Below are positions 25,379-35,592 of a stretch of DNA of 64,000 nucleotides, in pieces. The notes under the pieces were generated by a model, which did not search any database, was not told the DNA's origin, and saw only the letters and a list, made by a program, of their open reading frames with translations. The DNA comes from Opitutales bacterium (GTDB lineage: Bacteria > Verrucomicrobiota > Verrucomicrobiia > Opitutales > JBHJGM01). How positions within the stretch are numbered: the stretch's first letter is position 1; every line of letters begins with the position of its first letter. The stretch lies in assembly GCA_050331815.1 (NCBI GenBank), contig JBHJGM010000007.1:44488-108487 (forward strand), written 5' to 3'. The position numbers and the translations under genes are program-made.

Positions 25379-27010
25379 ATGCTTCCCACACCCCGCTTCC
25401 CTCTGTTGCTGTTCGTTGCCGGTGTCCTGTTCAGCGGTACATCGCTGCTCTTGGCCCAAAACCGTTTTCCAGGTCCGATCCCCGAAGGTGATTTCGCGGT
25501 GCGCCTGCTGAAATTCGCGACACTGCCGAACTCCTTTGGCGATGTAGGCGCACGGGTACAGCAGACTTCCACGGATCCTTCAGGCCGACTTTTTGCCAAC
25601 GACCAGCGCGGACCGTTGTATCATATTAGCGGTGACGGCACGGTCAGCCTCTACCTCGACCTGCGCGATCCCGCCTACAGCAGCTACCTTAATCTGCGCG
25701 AGACCAACGAGGGCGGCTTCACCGGCTGGGTGTTTCATCCGGACTTTTTCAACAGCGGCACCGAGGGCTACGGACGTCTCTACACCATTTTCAGCTCGAA
25801 CAACACCAGTGTCCGCGCGCCTGACTTCGATCCCGGTGGCGGCACGAACCACCACACTGTATTGCTGGAGTGGCAAACCGACGATCCGAACGCCATCCCG
25901 TTCAGCCCTGGCACCCCGGCTCAACCCGCCGGAACTGGCTTGCCCTTTCGTGAGTTGATGCGCTTTAAGCAGCCCTTCGGCAATCACAACTCGGGCATCA
26001 TTGCTTTCAACCCCTATGCCGAAGCCGGAGACCCGGAACGCACACGATTGTACATCGCCATGGGCGATGCCGGCAGCGGCAACGACCCGCAGGAAAACGC
26101 GCAGAACCCGTCCAATCCCTACGGAGCCATTTTGCGCATCGATCCCATACCCGACAACACCTCTGACCGTTATGACATTGTGTTGGATAACGTGTTGGCT
26201 CAGGACGCAATGACGGCAGATACGCTCGACGAGATTTACGCCTACGGCCTGCGCAACCCGCAGTGGTTCAGCTGGGATGCCTCGACCGACGCCCTGTACA
26301 GCGCCGACATCGGCCAGAACGCCGTCGAGGAGCTGAACCTCATTGTTAACGGCGGGCACTACGGCTGGGACCTGCGTGAGGGCTCCTTCGACTTTGAAAT
26401 CATGTCCGGGGAAACGACCACCGACCTGATCGATCCGGTGGCCGAGTATGACCACAGCGGCGATATCGACAGTTCGGCGGCCCCGACCGGCGGACGCGCC
26501 ATCACCTGCGGTGAAGTCATTCGTGGCACTGGCATCAACGCCCTCGACGGGATGCTCCCGCTGGCAGATTTCCCGACCGGCAACCTGCTGCTGCTCGATG
26601 TCGACAACGCGCTGCTGCAGGGGGGCAACAGCGAGCTGCGGGCAGTCCCGATCGTCGATGAAGACGGCGCGTCCGTTTCGTTCCTCGAATTGATTGCCGA
26701 GGAGGTCGAAGCCCGCGAGCTCGACGATGGGCTTTCACGCGTGGATGCGCGCTACAGCGTGGGTACACCGGGCGAGATTTACGTTTCGAACAAGCGCGAT
26801 GGGGTGATTCGGCGCCTGGTCATCGTGCCGGAGATGGCGCTCGCTCATGATGTTTCGGGTGACAGCGTCACCATCGATTATATTGGGCGTCTGCAGTGGC
26901 GTGCATTGCTGGAGGCGGGCGACTGGGAAGATGTCGAGCCCCAGCCGGCCTCCCCTTGGACCTTTGCGCCCATCGAGCCTCAGGGCTTCTTTCGCACCGA
27001 GTCGAATTGA
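25379..27010 (+). CDS. PQQ-dependent sugar dehydrogenase family protein, secreted
   Basis: 543 aa. Signal peptide, then GNHNSGIIAFNP, MGDAGSGNDP, YGAILRIDP, YAYGLRNPQWFSWD and GGHYGWDLREG. Confidence 0.75.
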   Translation: MLPTPRFPLLLFVAGVLFSGTSLLLAQNRFPGPIPEGDFAVRLLKFATLPNSFGDVGARVQQTSTDPSGRLFANDQRGPLYHISGDGTVSLYLDLRDPAYSSYLNLRETNEGGFTGWVFHPDFFNSGTEGYGRLYTIFSSNNTSVRAPDFDPGGGTNHHTVLLEWQTDDPNAIPFSPGTPAQPAGTGLPFRELMRFKQPFGNHNSGIIAFNPYAEAGDPERTRLYIAMGDAGSGNDPQENAQNPSNPYGAILRIDPIPDNTSDRYDIVLDNVLAQDAMTADTLDEIYAYGLRNPQWFSWDASTDALYSADIGQNAVEELNLIVNGGHYGWDLREGSFDFEIMSGETTTDLIDPVAEYDHSGDIDSSAAPTGGRAITCGEVIRGTGINALDGMLPLADFPTGNLLLLDVDNALLQGGNSELRAVPIVDEDGASVSFLELIAEEVEARELDDGLSRVDARYSVGTPGEIYVSNKRDGVIRRLVIVPEMALAHDVSGDSVTIDYIGRLQWRALLEAGDWEDVEPQPASPWTFAPIEPQGFFRTESN

Positions 27011-27073
27011 GCGTGCGTTGGTTGCGTTTGAAAGGCGGCTTCGCCTTGACCGCTGAATGGTCCTGGGTACCTC

Positions 27074-27769
27074 ATGGGAGCAACAATACGTAGACCCATG
27101 CCGATCGATAAACTCTTCAACCAGATGCTCAGTTCGCCCTCGGCCAAGGGTGCGCTCAGCGGGGCTGCTTCCGGGGCGCTTGTTTCCGCGCTATTGAACA
27201 AGAAGGCCCGCAAAGGGCTCGTTGGCGGGGCTGCCAAAGTCGGCGGGTTGGCGGCGCTGGCGGGCGTTGGCTATCTGGCGTACAAAAAGTGGCAGGACCA
27301 CAAAGGCCGGCCAGAAGCCGTACAGCCGGCTTCGGCTCCCGGAAATGGAACGGATGCGCAACGGCCTGCGGCCGCGCCGCTGAGCTTGGAGGCGGCATCC
27401 ACGTCGGCTCCGGCGGTTTCCAACGAGACAGGCGTGCGGATGCTGCAAGCGATGATCGGAGCGGCCAGCGCTGATGGGCACATCGACCAGGCGGAGATGC
27501 AGCAATTGATGGAAGCGATTGACCAGGCAGGTCTGTCGGCGGACGAAAACGCGGCCATCACCGCCTCTTTGAACCAGCCGCCCACGGCGGAAGCCATCGC
27601 AGAGGGCGTGACCGACCCTGAGGTGGCGGCGGAAATTTACGGCGCGGCGGCGATGGCCATCGAACGCGACACGCCTGCCGAGGAGCTGTTTCTCAACCGC
27701 CTGGCGAGGTTGCTCAAGCTTGACCCGCAGCTGGTGGCGTTGGTCGATAACAGCGCAGCCGAGGCTTAA
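27074..27769 (+). CDS. DUF533 (TerB-like, YebE family) membrane protein
   Basis: Gly/Ala-rich N-terminus, one TM segment (GGLAALAGVGYLAYKKW), and a C-terminal TerB-like helical domain (ADGHIDQAEMQQL). Confidence 0.65.
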   Translation: MGATIRRPMPIDKLFNQMLSSPSAKGALSGAASGALVSALLNKKARKGLVGGAAKVGGLAALAGVGYLAYKKWQDHKGRPEAVQPASAPGNGTDAQRPAAAPLSLEAASTSAPAVSNETGVRMLQAMIGAASADGHIDQAEMQQLMEAIDQAGLSADENAAITASLNQPPTAEAIAEGVTDPEVAAEIYGAAAMAIERDTPAEELFLNRLARLLKLDPQLVALVDNSAAEA

Positions 27770-28914
27770 CGCGAGTCCTTCAGCGTCTGCGTGAAGGCGC
27801 CGAGGAAGCGCTCGACGAATTCGGGGCGGGCAGTGTGCCCCATCACACCGATGCGCCAGATTTTTCCGGCCAGCGGGCCGAGTCCCGCGCCGATTTCGAT
27901 GTGAAACTCGTTGCGCAGGCGTTGGCGCACCGCGGCTTCATCGACGCCTTCGGGCACCCTGACGGCGTTGAGCATGGGCAGGCAGCAGTGCGGGGCAACC
28001 AGCATCGCGCAACCCAGCGTTTCCAGACCAGCAACGAGTTGCTCGTGCGCGGCGCGGTGGCGGGCAAAGACGTTTTCCAGGCCTTCCTCAACCACCTGTC
28101 GCAGGGCCTCGTGCAGCCCGTAAATCATGTTGATCGGCGCGGTGTGGTGGTAGGCACGTTTTTCGCCTTCCCAGTAACCGGTCAGCAGCGTGACATCCAG
28201 GTACCAATTCGGGATAGGGTGGCTGCGCTCGTGGGCTTTCTTGGCGGCGCGTTCGGAAAAGGTAAACGGGGCGAGGCCCGGCGGACACGAGAGGCATTTC
28301 TGGGTGCCGCTGTAAAGCATGTCCACGCCCCAGGCGTCTACCTCCACGGGCAGACCGCACAGGCTGGTCACCGCGTCGACAAAAAACAGCGCACCGGTCG
28401 GTCGGACCAGTTCGGCGATCTCCGCGACCGGGTTGCGCACGCCGGTGGAGGTTTCCGCGTGCACGACCGCCACAACATCCGGCGCGCAGGTTTCGAGCTT
28501 CTCGGCCACTTGGGCCGTGACCACGGGCGTGCCCCATTCGAATTCCAGGGCCTCGACCTTCGCACCGAGCCGGGTGGCGACCTCAACCATGCGCTTGCCG
28601 AAGACGCCGTTGACGATGATCAGCACGGCATCGCCGGGCTCGACGAAGTTGGCGAAGGCAGCCTCCATGCCAGCCGAGCCTGTCCCGCTCAGCGGCAGGG
28701 TGTGGTCGTTTTCCGTGCGCATGACGGTTCGCAACAACGCGCGCACCTCGTCCATCAGCTGTATGAAGTCCGGGTCCAGGTGCCCGAGGGTGGGGCGGGC
28801 CAGTGCCTGGTAAACACTGGGATAGACCGTGGACGGGCCGGGACCCATGAGCAGGAGGTTGCTGAGGATGGAATCGGCAGCAGGGCCTGGCGAAGCGGTA
28901 GGCATGTTGAGCAT
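27766..28914 (-). CDS. class V aminotransferase (alanine-glyoxylate / serine-pyruvate type)
   Basis: 382 aa. SGTQKCLSCPPGLAP contains the PLP lysine. Its stop overlaps the convergent DUF533 gene by 4 nt. Confidence 0.8.
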   Translation of the reverse strand: MLNMPTASPGPAADSILSNLLLMGPGPSTVYPSVYQALARPTLGHLDPDFIQLMDEVRALLRTVMRTENDHTLPLSGTGSAGMEAAFANFVEPGDAVLIIVNGVFGKRMVEVATRLGAKVEALEFEWGTPVVTAQVAEKLETCAPDVVAVVHAETSTGVRNPVAEIAELVRPTGALFFVDAVTSLCGLPVEVDAWGVDMLYSGTQKCLSCPPGLAPFTFSERAAKKAHERSHPIPNWYLDVTLLTGYWEGEKRAYHHTAPINMIYGLHEALRQVVEEGLENVFARHRAAHEQLVAGLETLGCAMLVAPHCCLPMLNAVRVPEGVDEAAVRQRLRNEFHIEIGAGLGPLAGKIWRIGVMGHTARPEFVERFLGAFTQTLKDSR

Positions 28915-29008
28915 CGGGAATGAATCGAAAAGGTTTTACGCGGACATCAGCCATAGGGCCTGTGGCACCGTCGGGCAACTCCGCAGCTCGGACGGCCTCT
29001 GGGGCGGA

Positions 29009-29764
29009 TCACTGCGCAAGGGTCGCGGCGGCGTCCAGCTCCCGGTAGGCCCGCACGCTGGCCTCACAGGCTCCGACATGGGCGCGGGTCGCCTGGCGCG
29101 CCTTTTCGGCATCTGCGCTGGCGATGGCATCAACGATCGGCCAGTGCCGCTCGATTACAATGGAGCGATCCCGTAGCGCCATCACATAGTGCTCAAAGAA
29201 GGCACGGGTATGAGGAACGAGTGCCTCGGTGATGGTGCGCAAAAAAGCGTTACCGGCGATCCGCGCCACCTCGCGGTGAAAGGCGCAGTCCAGTTCGGCC
29301 ATGCTGGCGTCTGCCAGGAGCGCTTCGCCGGGGTTGTGCAGGAGGTTGCGCAGGGACAAAATGTCGTGAGGCTCGTGGTGGCTAGCGGCCAGGGCGGCCT
29401 GCTCGCTTTCCAGAAGGACACGGGCCTGAATCAGCGACTCCATCGACTTGGCGCTTTGGGCCGGAAAGAGGGGCACCAGCGTGCGCTCGACGGCCGAACT
29501 GAGCACGCCCTCGCGAACAAAGGCACCCTTGCCGTGCTCGACATTGATGATGCCCAGAGCGCTGGCCCGAGCCAGCCCCTCGCGCAGGGACAGGCGACTG
29601 ACACCCACCTCCTGCTGCAGCACTTTTTCGGTGGGCAGGCGCGCGCCGGGTCCAAATTCTCCGTTGCGGATGCGTTCTAGGAGGTGCTCCAGCACCGTTT
29701 CGGCATTAGAAGTACGTTTTGCCACGGGGTAGGTCGTTAAGGTGAGGTCAAGGCTTCCAAGCAA
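29009..29764 (-). CDS. GntR/FadR-family transcriptional regulator
   Basis: Winged HTH LPTEKVLQQEVGVSRLSLREGLARASALGIINVEHGKGAFV plus an FCD-type helical C-terminal domain. Confidence 0.8.
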   Translation of the reverse strand: MLGSLDLTLTTYPVAKRTSNAETVLEHLLERIRNGEFGPGARLPTEKVLQQEVGVSRLSLREGLARASALGIINVEHGKGAFVREGVLSSAVERTLVPLFPAQSAKSMESLIQARVLLESEQAALAASHHEPHDILSLRNLLHNPGEALLADASMAELDCAFHREVARIAGNAFLRTITEALVPHTRAFFEHYVMALRDRSIVIERHWPIVDAIASADAEKARQATRAHVGACEASVRAYRELDAAATLAQ

Positions 29765-30324
29765 ACGACAGGACGCACAGCGAGGCAGGGCTGAGGCCGA
29801 AGTATAATTTTATTATGACCGTGAAGGCTTCTCAGGCAAACCCGGGAAACTGTCAATTACGATTTTATACACGTACTTGCCACAGAGATTGAGCGTCTTC
29901 TGGCCGCTTACGAGGCGGAATTCAGTGGAGATTTTTCTACGTCAATGTTTTGTAAGGACATCGTCCCCAGCCGGTAAAGTTAGTTTAGCATACCTTCTTT
30001 ATCACTTGTTGGAACGCTTTGCATAGTCATCAGATGAATTTTGACATTCGCGCCATGCGATTCCCAGGAATTAACAGGCGTCTACATCTTTTTATCGCTG
30101 CGCAGGCAAATCTTCACGGAGGCATGAGGCGAGCGGTTGCCAGAAGGCAGGCTTTTTTGCTTATCAGACGCCCTAATGAATCCGAAAACCATTGGCATTT
30201 GGGAAGATAACCCTAGTTTATCATTAACACTTCTAGGCTGGGGACTTTCGGCTGAGGTGTTAAAACCCTACATGGACCGACTACGAGGAAGCCTTTTGAA
30301 CACACCGATGGGTTTGTTGATGGC

Positions 30325-31758
30325 ATGACTACGCTGTTTCGCATTTTTGGGTCTTTGAAGCTGACCGTGGTGCTGCTGGCGTTGTCGACGCTGGTAGTGC
30401 TGCTCGGCACGCTCGATCAGGCTGTCTGGGGCATCTACCACGCGCAGGCCAAATACTTTGAAAGCTGGGGCGTGTTCTCGCCGGTGGTGTCCTTGTGTTC
30501 GCTGGTGCTGTTCAAGACCTATCCGGAACATCTGGAGTGGCTGGTCATCCCGCTGCCGGGCGGTTTGTTGCTGGGCACGCTACTAGTGCTCAATCTAGTC
30601 TGCGCGCACTTTCGTTTTTTTCGCCACAAGTGGTCGCGTATCGGGATCGTGCTCACGCATGGCGGTATGGTGCTGTTGATCATCTCCGGCTTTCTGGTGA
30701 GCCTCCTGCAGAAGGAATTCACGATGTCGCTGGATGAAGGCGAGGGCCCGGTCTGGTACATGAGCGCTTTTCGCGATTATGAACTGGCGCTAATTGATGA
30801 GACCGACCCTGCACGCGACGCCCACTACGTTATCCCCAGCGACGACCTTAAGCCAGGCGCCTTTGTCGAGATTCCGGAAGTGGCCATGCGGGTGGAAGTG
30901 CTGGCGGTTTCCGAGAACGTGGACTTCGCCGCCCGCGAGGATATGCAGCGCTCACTGCAGCAGCAGCTTACCCTGGGTGCGTTGGACAGCTACTCCCAGG
31001 CAGCCGCGCGGGATGTCATCGAAAAGCTTCAGGACCGCTCCAATGTCTATTTTGGTTTGGGTGGCGAGGTGCTGGCCACCGTCGAGCCGTCCACCTTCCG
31101 GGGCATCGCCGGGGCGCGCGACATTGTGTTTCACGCGATGGAACCCACCTACAAACTCAACGAATCCAACTACGCCGGCGCGCTGGTGCGTCTGCACCAC
31201 GAGGACCATATGATAGGAGCCTGGGGACTCTCGCCGTTGTTCGCGGAAAACCCGCAAGTTAGCCCACAGCGTTTCACTCACGCCGGGAGGACCTACCGCC
31301 TGGAGCTGCGTTTCCCGCGCACGTACCTGCCGTTTTCGCTGGCCCTGGAGGATTTCGTGCACCGCCGCCATCCAGGCACCGAGACCCCCGCCGAATTCTC
31401 CAGCCATGTGCAGCTGGTCAATCCGCAGACCGGCGAATCGCGCCCGGTAGAAATCTCCATGAACGAGCCGCTGCGTTACGGCGGCTACACGTTTTTCCAA
31501 AAATCCTTTGCCAATGACGACACGACCTCGGGCATCCAGGTTGTGCGCAACCCCAGCTGGCTGATGCCTTACATCAGCGTCGGCATCATCGGTCTGGGCT
31601 TGGTCGTTCATTTCATCATCGTGCTGGTACGCTTTTTAAGGCGCACGGAAAAGGCCGGTGCGCGTGCCGCCGCAGAGCCGGCGGCGGATGTCGCCACGAA
31701 GCCCATTTCCGGTAAATCGGCCCCCTCGAGCTCGAAAGCCGAGCCCGCCACCGTTTAG
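30325..31758 (+). CDS. resB: cytochrome c biogenesis protein ResB/Ccs1 (System II)
   Basis: N-terminus MTTLFRIFGSLKLTVVLLALSTLVVLLGT, a large periplasmic loop and a C-terminal TM segment. It sits directly upstream of ccsA. Confidence 0.8.
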   Translation: MTTLFRIFGSLKLTVVLLALSTLVVLLGTLDQAVWGIYHAQAKYFESWGVFSPVVSLCSLVLFKTYPEHLEWLVIPLPGGLLLGTLLVLNLVCAHFRFFRHKWSRIGIVLTHGGMVLLIISGFLVSLLQKEFTMSLDEGEGPVWYMSAFRDYELALIDETDPARDAHYVIPSDDLKPGAFVEIPEVAMRVEVLAVSENVDFAAREDMQRSLQQQLTLGALDSYSQAAARDVIEKLQDRSNVYFGLGGEVLATVEPSTFRGIAGARDIVFHAMEPTYKLNESNYAGALVRLHHEDHMIGAWGLSPLFAENPQVSPQRFTHAGRTYRLELRFPRTYLPFSLALEDFVHRRHPGTETPAEFSSHVQLVNPQTGESRPVEISMNEPLRYGGYTFFQKSFANDDTTSGIQVVRNPSWLMPYISVGIIGLGLVVHFIIVLVRFLRRTEKAGARAAAEPAADVATKPISGKSAPSSSKAEPATV

Positions 31759-31761
31759 CCC

Positions 31762-33810
31762 ATGGCCTGGATCGCTGGTTACATCGTACTTGCGCTCATC
31801 GGCTTGCCGGTGATCTACTACCTTTGCCGCAAACCGATGGTGAAGCGGGCCTACCGTTGGCCCTTCGCCGTGGTGGGCACCGCGCTGTTTGTGCTGACGC
31901 TGTACGGCATTGGGCTGCGCCCGGTGGACCACAACACGCAGATGGACGTGGAGCGCTTCGCAGAGCTGCCCGTACAGTATGAGGGCCGGTTGATGCCGAT
32001 CGATACGGTGGCTCGCAGTACCCTGCGCGTGCTGCGTCAGAAGGAATCGGTCGAGACGCCATCGGGGCTAAAGCTGCACGCCATCGACTGGCTGCTGTGG
32101 GTCATGGCCAAGCCAGAGGAAGCGAGTCAGTTGCCGGTTTTTCGTGTCGATCACCCGCAGGTGCGCAGCTTTTTCAACCTTCCCGCCGATGGAAAATTTG
32201 CCTCGTACGCGGACATGTGGGGGCGTCTGCCTGAGTTTGAGCAGGCCCTCAGCGCGATGCCTCAGGAGAGCGCCGACCGCAGTGCCTACGAACGGCAGAT
32301 GTACAAGCTGGCCAACGCCATTCGGCGCTACAACGATCTGGGCAGTTCCTTTCACTCCGGGGTCAACCGGCCCGACATCAACGCGCTGGATCTGGTGCGC
32401 ACCTATGGGCAGTGGGGCTCGCTTTTGAAGGAAGCTGCCGGGGCCGCGCGCAAGGCGCAGGCGGGGGAGACCCTCGAAAGTCGCGAAGAGGCGCTGCTGG
32501 GTTTGATCGACGGCACCGTGCCGATTTTTGAACGCATGGCCGTGCCCTCCGGACGGATCGCGGTGGTACCGCCGCCGCCCGGCGAAGTCCTGCCGGAGAC
32601 CGCCGGTTCCCCAGTCTGGCGACCCATTGGCCAGAGCCTGATCGACACGCTGCAGACGGGAGCGGTGTCGCCCGTGGTGACCGCCTACGCCACGGTCATC
32701 CTGGCCTACGACGAGGGCAACGTCGATGTCTTCAACACGGCGGTGGATGCACTGCACCGCGAAACCGCCCAACCTGCGGCCGTGGCGGACATCGCTTTGG
32801 AGGAAGCCTTCAATCGGTCCGCGCCTTTTTACGTCGGCTCGGGACTCTACGTGATGGGGCTGATCCTGCTCTTTGTGAGCTGGCTGCGCTGGTCCGAGCC
32901 GCTGCGGCAGACCGCCTTCTGGATGCTGCTGCTGACCTTTGGCCTGCATACGGCAGCCCTAGTCGCGCGCATGGTCATTATGGACCGGCCGGCTCCGGTC
33001 ACGAACCTGTATTCCTCGGCCATTTTTATCGGCTGGGCGGCGTGCGGTATGGGCCTGTTGCTGGAGCAGATGTTCAAGAATTCCTTCGGGCTGTTAGTGG
33101 CCTCGGTCATCGGGTTCATCACGCTGGTCATCGCGCACAACCTCGACAACGCCGGTGACACCATGGAGGCCATGCGCGCGGTGCTGGATTCCAACTTCTG
33201 GCTGGCGACGCACGTGGTCACGATCACGCTGGGCTACACGCCGATGTTCATCGCGGGGCTCCTAGCGATCGCTTACGTGTTGCGCGGGATTTTCACCAAG
33301 GATTTGACCCGTGAGATGGGGCGTTCGCTGACGCGGATGGTGTATGGCATCCTTGCTTTCGCGCTGATCCTGAGCTTCATCGGCACGATGTTGGGTGGAA
33401 TCTGGGCCGACCAGAGTTGGGGGCGTTTCTGGGGCTGGGATCCGAAAGAAAACGGCGCGCTGATGATTGTGTTGTGGGTCGCGCTGATTCTGCACGGGCG
33501 CATCGCCGGGATGTTCCGTGAGCGCGGGATCATGCTGCTGACTATCGGTGGCAACATTATCACGGCCTGGAGCTGGTTTGGGACCAACCAACTTGGCATT
33601 GGCCTGCACAGCTACGGGTTTACTGATTCGGGCCATATGTGGCTGATGATTTTCTGGGGAGCCAACCTGGGCTTCATCGCATTGGGCCTGCTGCCGATGC
33701 GCTACTGGCGCAGCGCGGCCAAGCTGCAGCCCGAGCGCTTCAAGCCGGTGGCACGACCCGACAAGGAGGGCGCGGGCGGTTCGTCGCAAACCCAGTCGGC
33801 GCCGGCATGA
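31762..33810 (+). CDS. ccsA: cytochrome c biogenesis protein CcsA/ResC with long N-terminal extension
   Basis: 682 aa. Trp-rich heme-handling motif WGRFWGWDPKENGAL and multiple TM helices. Confidence 0.85.
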   Translation: MAWIAGYIVLALIGLPVIYYLCRKPMVKRAYRWPFAVVGTALFVLTLYGIGLRPVDHNTQMDVERFAELPVQYEGRLMPIDTVARSTLRVLRQKESVETPSGLKLHAIDWLLWVMAKPEEASQLPVFRVDHPQVRSFFNLPADGKFASYADMWGRLPEFEQALSAMPQESADRSAYERQMYKLANAIRRYNDLGSSFHSGVNRPDINALDLVRTYGQWGSLLKEAAGAARKAQAGETLESREEALLGLIDGTVPIFERMAVPSGRIAVVPPPPGEVLPETAGSPVWRPIGQSLIDTLQTGAVSPVVTAYATVILAYDEGNVDVFNTAVDALHRETAQPAAVADIALEEAFNRSAPFYVGSGLYVMGLILLFVSWLRWSEPLRQTAFWMLLLTFGLHTAALVARMVIMDRPAPVTNLYSSAIFIGWAACGMGLLLEQMFKNSFGLLVASVIGFITLVIAHNLDNAGDTMEAMRAVLDSNFWLATHVVTITLGYTPMFIAGLLAIAYVLRGIFTKDLTREMGRSLTRMVYGILAFALILSFIGTMLGGIWADQSWGRFWGWDPKENGALMIVLWVALILHGRIAGMFRERGIMLLTIGGNIITAWSWFGTNQLGIGLHSYGFTDSGHMWLMIFWGANLGFIALGLLPMRYWRSAAKLQPERFKPVARPDKEGAGGSSQTQSAPA

Positions 33811-34781
33811 GGTGGGCCGGTCGAGCCCTGGCGCCGGCATGCATTTTTGTCGCTGTGTCCGTTGGGGTTCTTCCTTTGCGCGCGCAGTCATCCACGAATC
33901 CCGAAGTCGACGAAGCGGCGCACGCCCGTCTGATCGAGGCGGCTCAGGCCGCTTCCCAGGCACATGTGCGGGAGCTGGTTCCAGCGGTGCGATCCATCCT
34001 GGAGCGCAGTTGCGCCGAGTGTCACGACCCGGATTACGGGCGCGTTCGGGCCGGCTTTGGCTTTATCTTGGATTTGGAGCGTTTGCGCGAAGATGACTAC
34101 TATCTGGTGCCGGGCGAACCGGAGCAGTCGTTCATCGTTGAGGTGCTGCTGGAGCCGGAGGATTCCGACCTGCGTATGCCACCGGTGGACAGTGACGCCC
34201 CGCAACTCAGTGCCGCCGAAATTCAGCTGGTGCGCGCCTGGGTGCTCGGCGGAGCCCCGGCGACCCTTGAGGTGGTTGCCGACAGAGCCTCGACCCGGGA
34301 AGCGGCAGCCGTACCCGCGATCCTGACCGCGCCCAGGAAAGGGACGGCGGCCAAGCTGCTTGGAACGCTGGCGCGGGCGCATCCGCTGCTGGTGCACTTC
34401 CCGATTGCCCTGTTGCTGGTGGCCGCGTTGGCGGAGGCTACCCGGTGTTTTCAGCCCCGGCTCGAAGGCACCGCGCAGGTGGTCGGCTGGTGCCTGTACG
34501 TCGGCGCGCCGGCGGCGGTGGCTGCGGCGGTCAGCGGTTGGTTCAACGTGTCGGTCCAGGGTTATGCAGACGAAACGGTTTTCTGGCACCGTTGGGTCGG
34601 CGTGGCGGTGGCCGTGCTGGGGGTGGTCGCCCTCGGGTTGCACCTGTGGTCGCGGAAGCGTCCGGACTCGGCCCGCTGGGCGGTTTTGGGACTGCTGCTT
34701 CTGTTGACGGCGGGTATTGTCATTGCCGGGCATACGGGCGGGGAACTTGTCCACGGCGAAGGCTACTTCAAACTGTTTTAA
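33807..34781 (+). CDS. membrane-anchored c-type cytochrome domain protein (PSCyt1-like N-terminus, DUF2231-like 4-TM C-terminus)
   Basis: Signal peptide, single heme site CAECH, then LRMPP...LSAAEIQLVRAWVLGGAP as in Planctomycete cytochrome C domains. Its ATG overlaps the ccsA stop (ATGA). Confidence 0.7.
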   Translation: MRWAGRALAPACIFVAVSVGVLPLRAQSSTNPEVDEAAHARLIEAAQAASQAHVRELVPAVRSILERSCAECHDPDYGRVRAGFGFILDLERLREDDYYLVPGEPEQSFIVEVLLEPEDSDLRMPPVDSDAPQLSAAEIQLVRAWVLGGAPATLEVVADRASTREAAAVPAILTAPRKGTAAKLLGTLARAHPLLVHFPIALLLVAALAEATRCFQPRLEGTAQVVGWCLYVGAPAAVAAAVSGWFNVSVQGYADETVFWHRWVGVAVAVLGVVALGLHLWSRKRPDSARWAVLGLLLLLTAGIVIAGHTGGELVHGEGYFKLF

Positions 34782-34838
34782 GGAGCTGCTTGGCAACGGC
34801 TCTGAGTCCTGAGTCTCAACGCATAACCGGCAACTACA

Positions 34839-35309
34839 ATGATGATGCACGCACTGAAACTCCCTGGCCTGCGACGGCTGTCGCGAGCCGTTCTCTGCGC
34901 AAGCTTGCTGGGCTTGGCACCGCTTGCGGTCCCGGCCCATGACGAGCACGGCGGCGGGAATCCGCTCCACGACAAAATGGAAGCGATGCAGGACCCGTAC
35001 CGCACTCTGGGGCGCAGTCTGCGGCGACCGGATTCCGCCGACCTCGCGGCCTTGCTGGAGGCGGTGCATCAGCTCCAGTTGCTGACGGTGGAGACCAAGG
35101 TGATGGTGCCCAAGAAGGTCGAGACCGTGGCGGAAGCGGAGCGGGCAGCTTTTGTCCTGGCCTACCGGCAGAAGCAGATTGCGACGCTGATGACCCTGCT
35201 GGAGCTCGAGCAGGCGCTGCTGGAAGGCGATGTCGAGCAGGCTGCCGAGATTTACAGCGCGGTCCGCACGCACCGCAGCGAAGGCCACGCGCAATTCCAG
35301 GACGACTGA
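34839..35309 (+). CDS. cytochrome b562-like four-helix protein, secreted
   Basis: Signal peptide. KMEAMQDPYRTL (candidate Met ligand) and the C-terminal EGDVEQAAEIYSAVRTHRSEGHAQF (candidate His ligand) parallel E. coli cytochrome b562. Confidence 0.6.
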   Translation: MMMHALKLPGLRRLSRAVLCASLLGLAPLAVPAHDEHGGGNPLHDKMEAMQDPYRTLGRSLRRPDSADLAALLEAVHQLQLLTVETKVMVPKKVETVAEAERAAFVLAYRQKQIATLMTLLELEQALLEGDVEQAAEIYSAVRTHRSEGHAQFQDD

Positions 35310-35592
35310 TCGTCGAGTCGAGTGACCTCGACGGGACTCAGATGCTGCGCATCTGGTTGTGGGCAAGCCAAGCTGCAGGCTCGCAGGCAAGGACGTGGTT
35401 GTGGTGGGCGTGTCAAGAAGGATGGGGCTACTTTGCGGGTTGTGGTTACGATCCCGGGCTTGCCAGCAAGCGCGATGCTACGGCATCGATGTCATGTGCG
35501 AGTCACCGCGCTGGTCGGCGGACAATAGGCTTGATGGCGGGGGGTGGGGCCGTGTTTGATGCATGGTTTCCTACCCCGGGAGTTTTTGATTT

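Noticed and set aside
23681-25400. Genomic island integrated at tRNA-Ala
   Set aside because: I could find no integrase, no phage or mobility genes, and no direct repeat of the tRNA 3' end downstream. The flanking genes look like ordinary carbohydrate metabolism.
29771-29845. Words resembling c-di-GMP-I (GEMM) riboswitch conserved blocks (GGACGCACAGC, AGGCAAACCC)
   Set aside because: The two blocks are in the wrong order relative to the riboswitch consensus. No tetraloop/receptor hairpins could be drawn, and the nearest downstream + strand gene is ~480 nt away.
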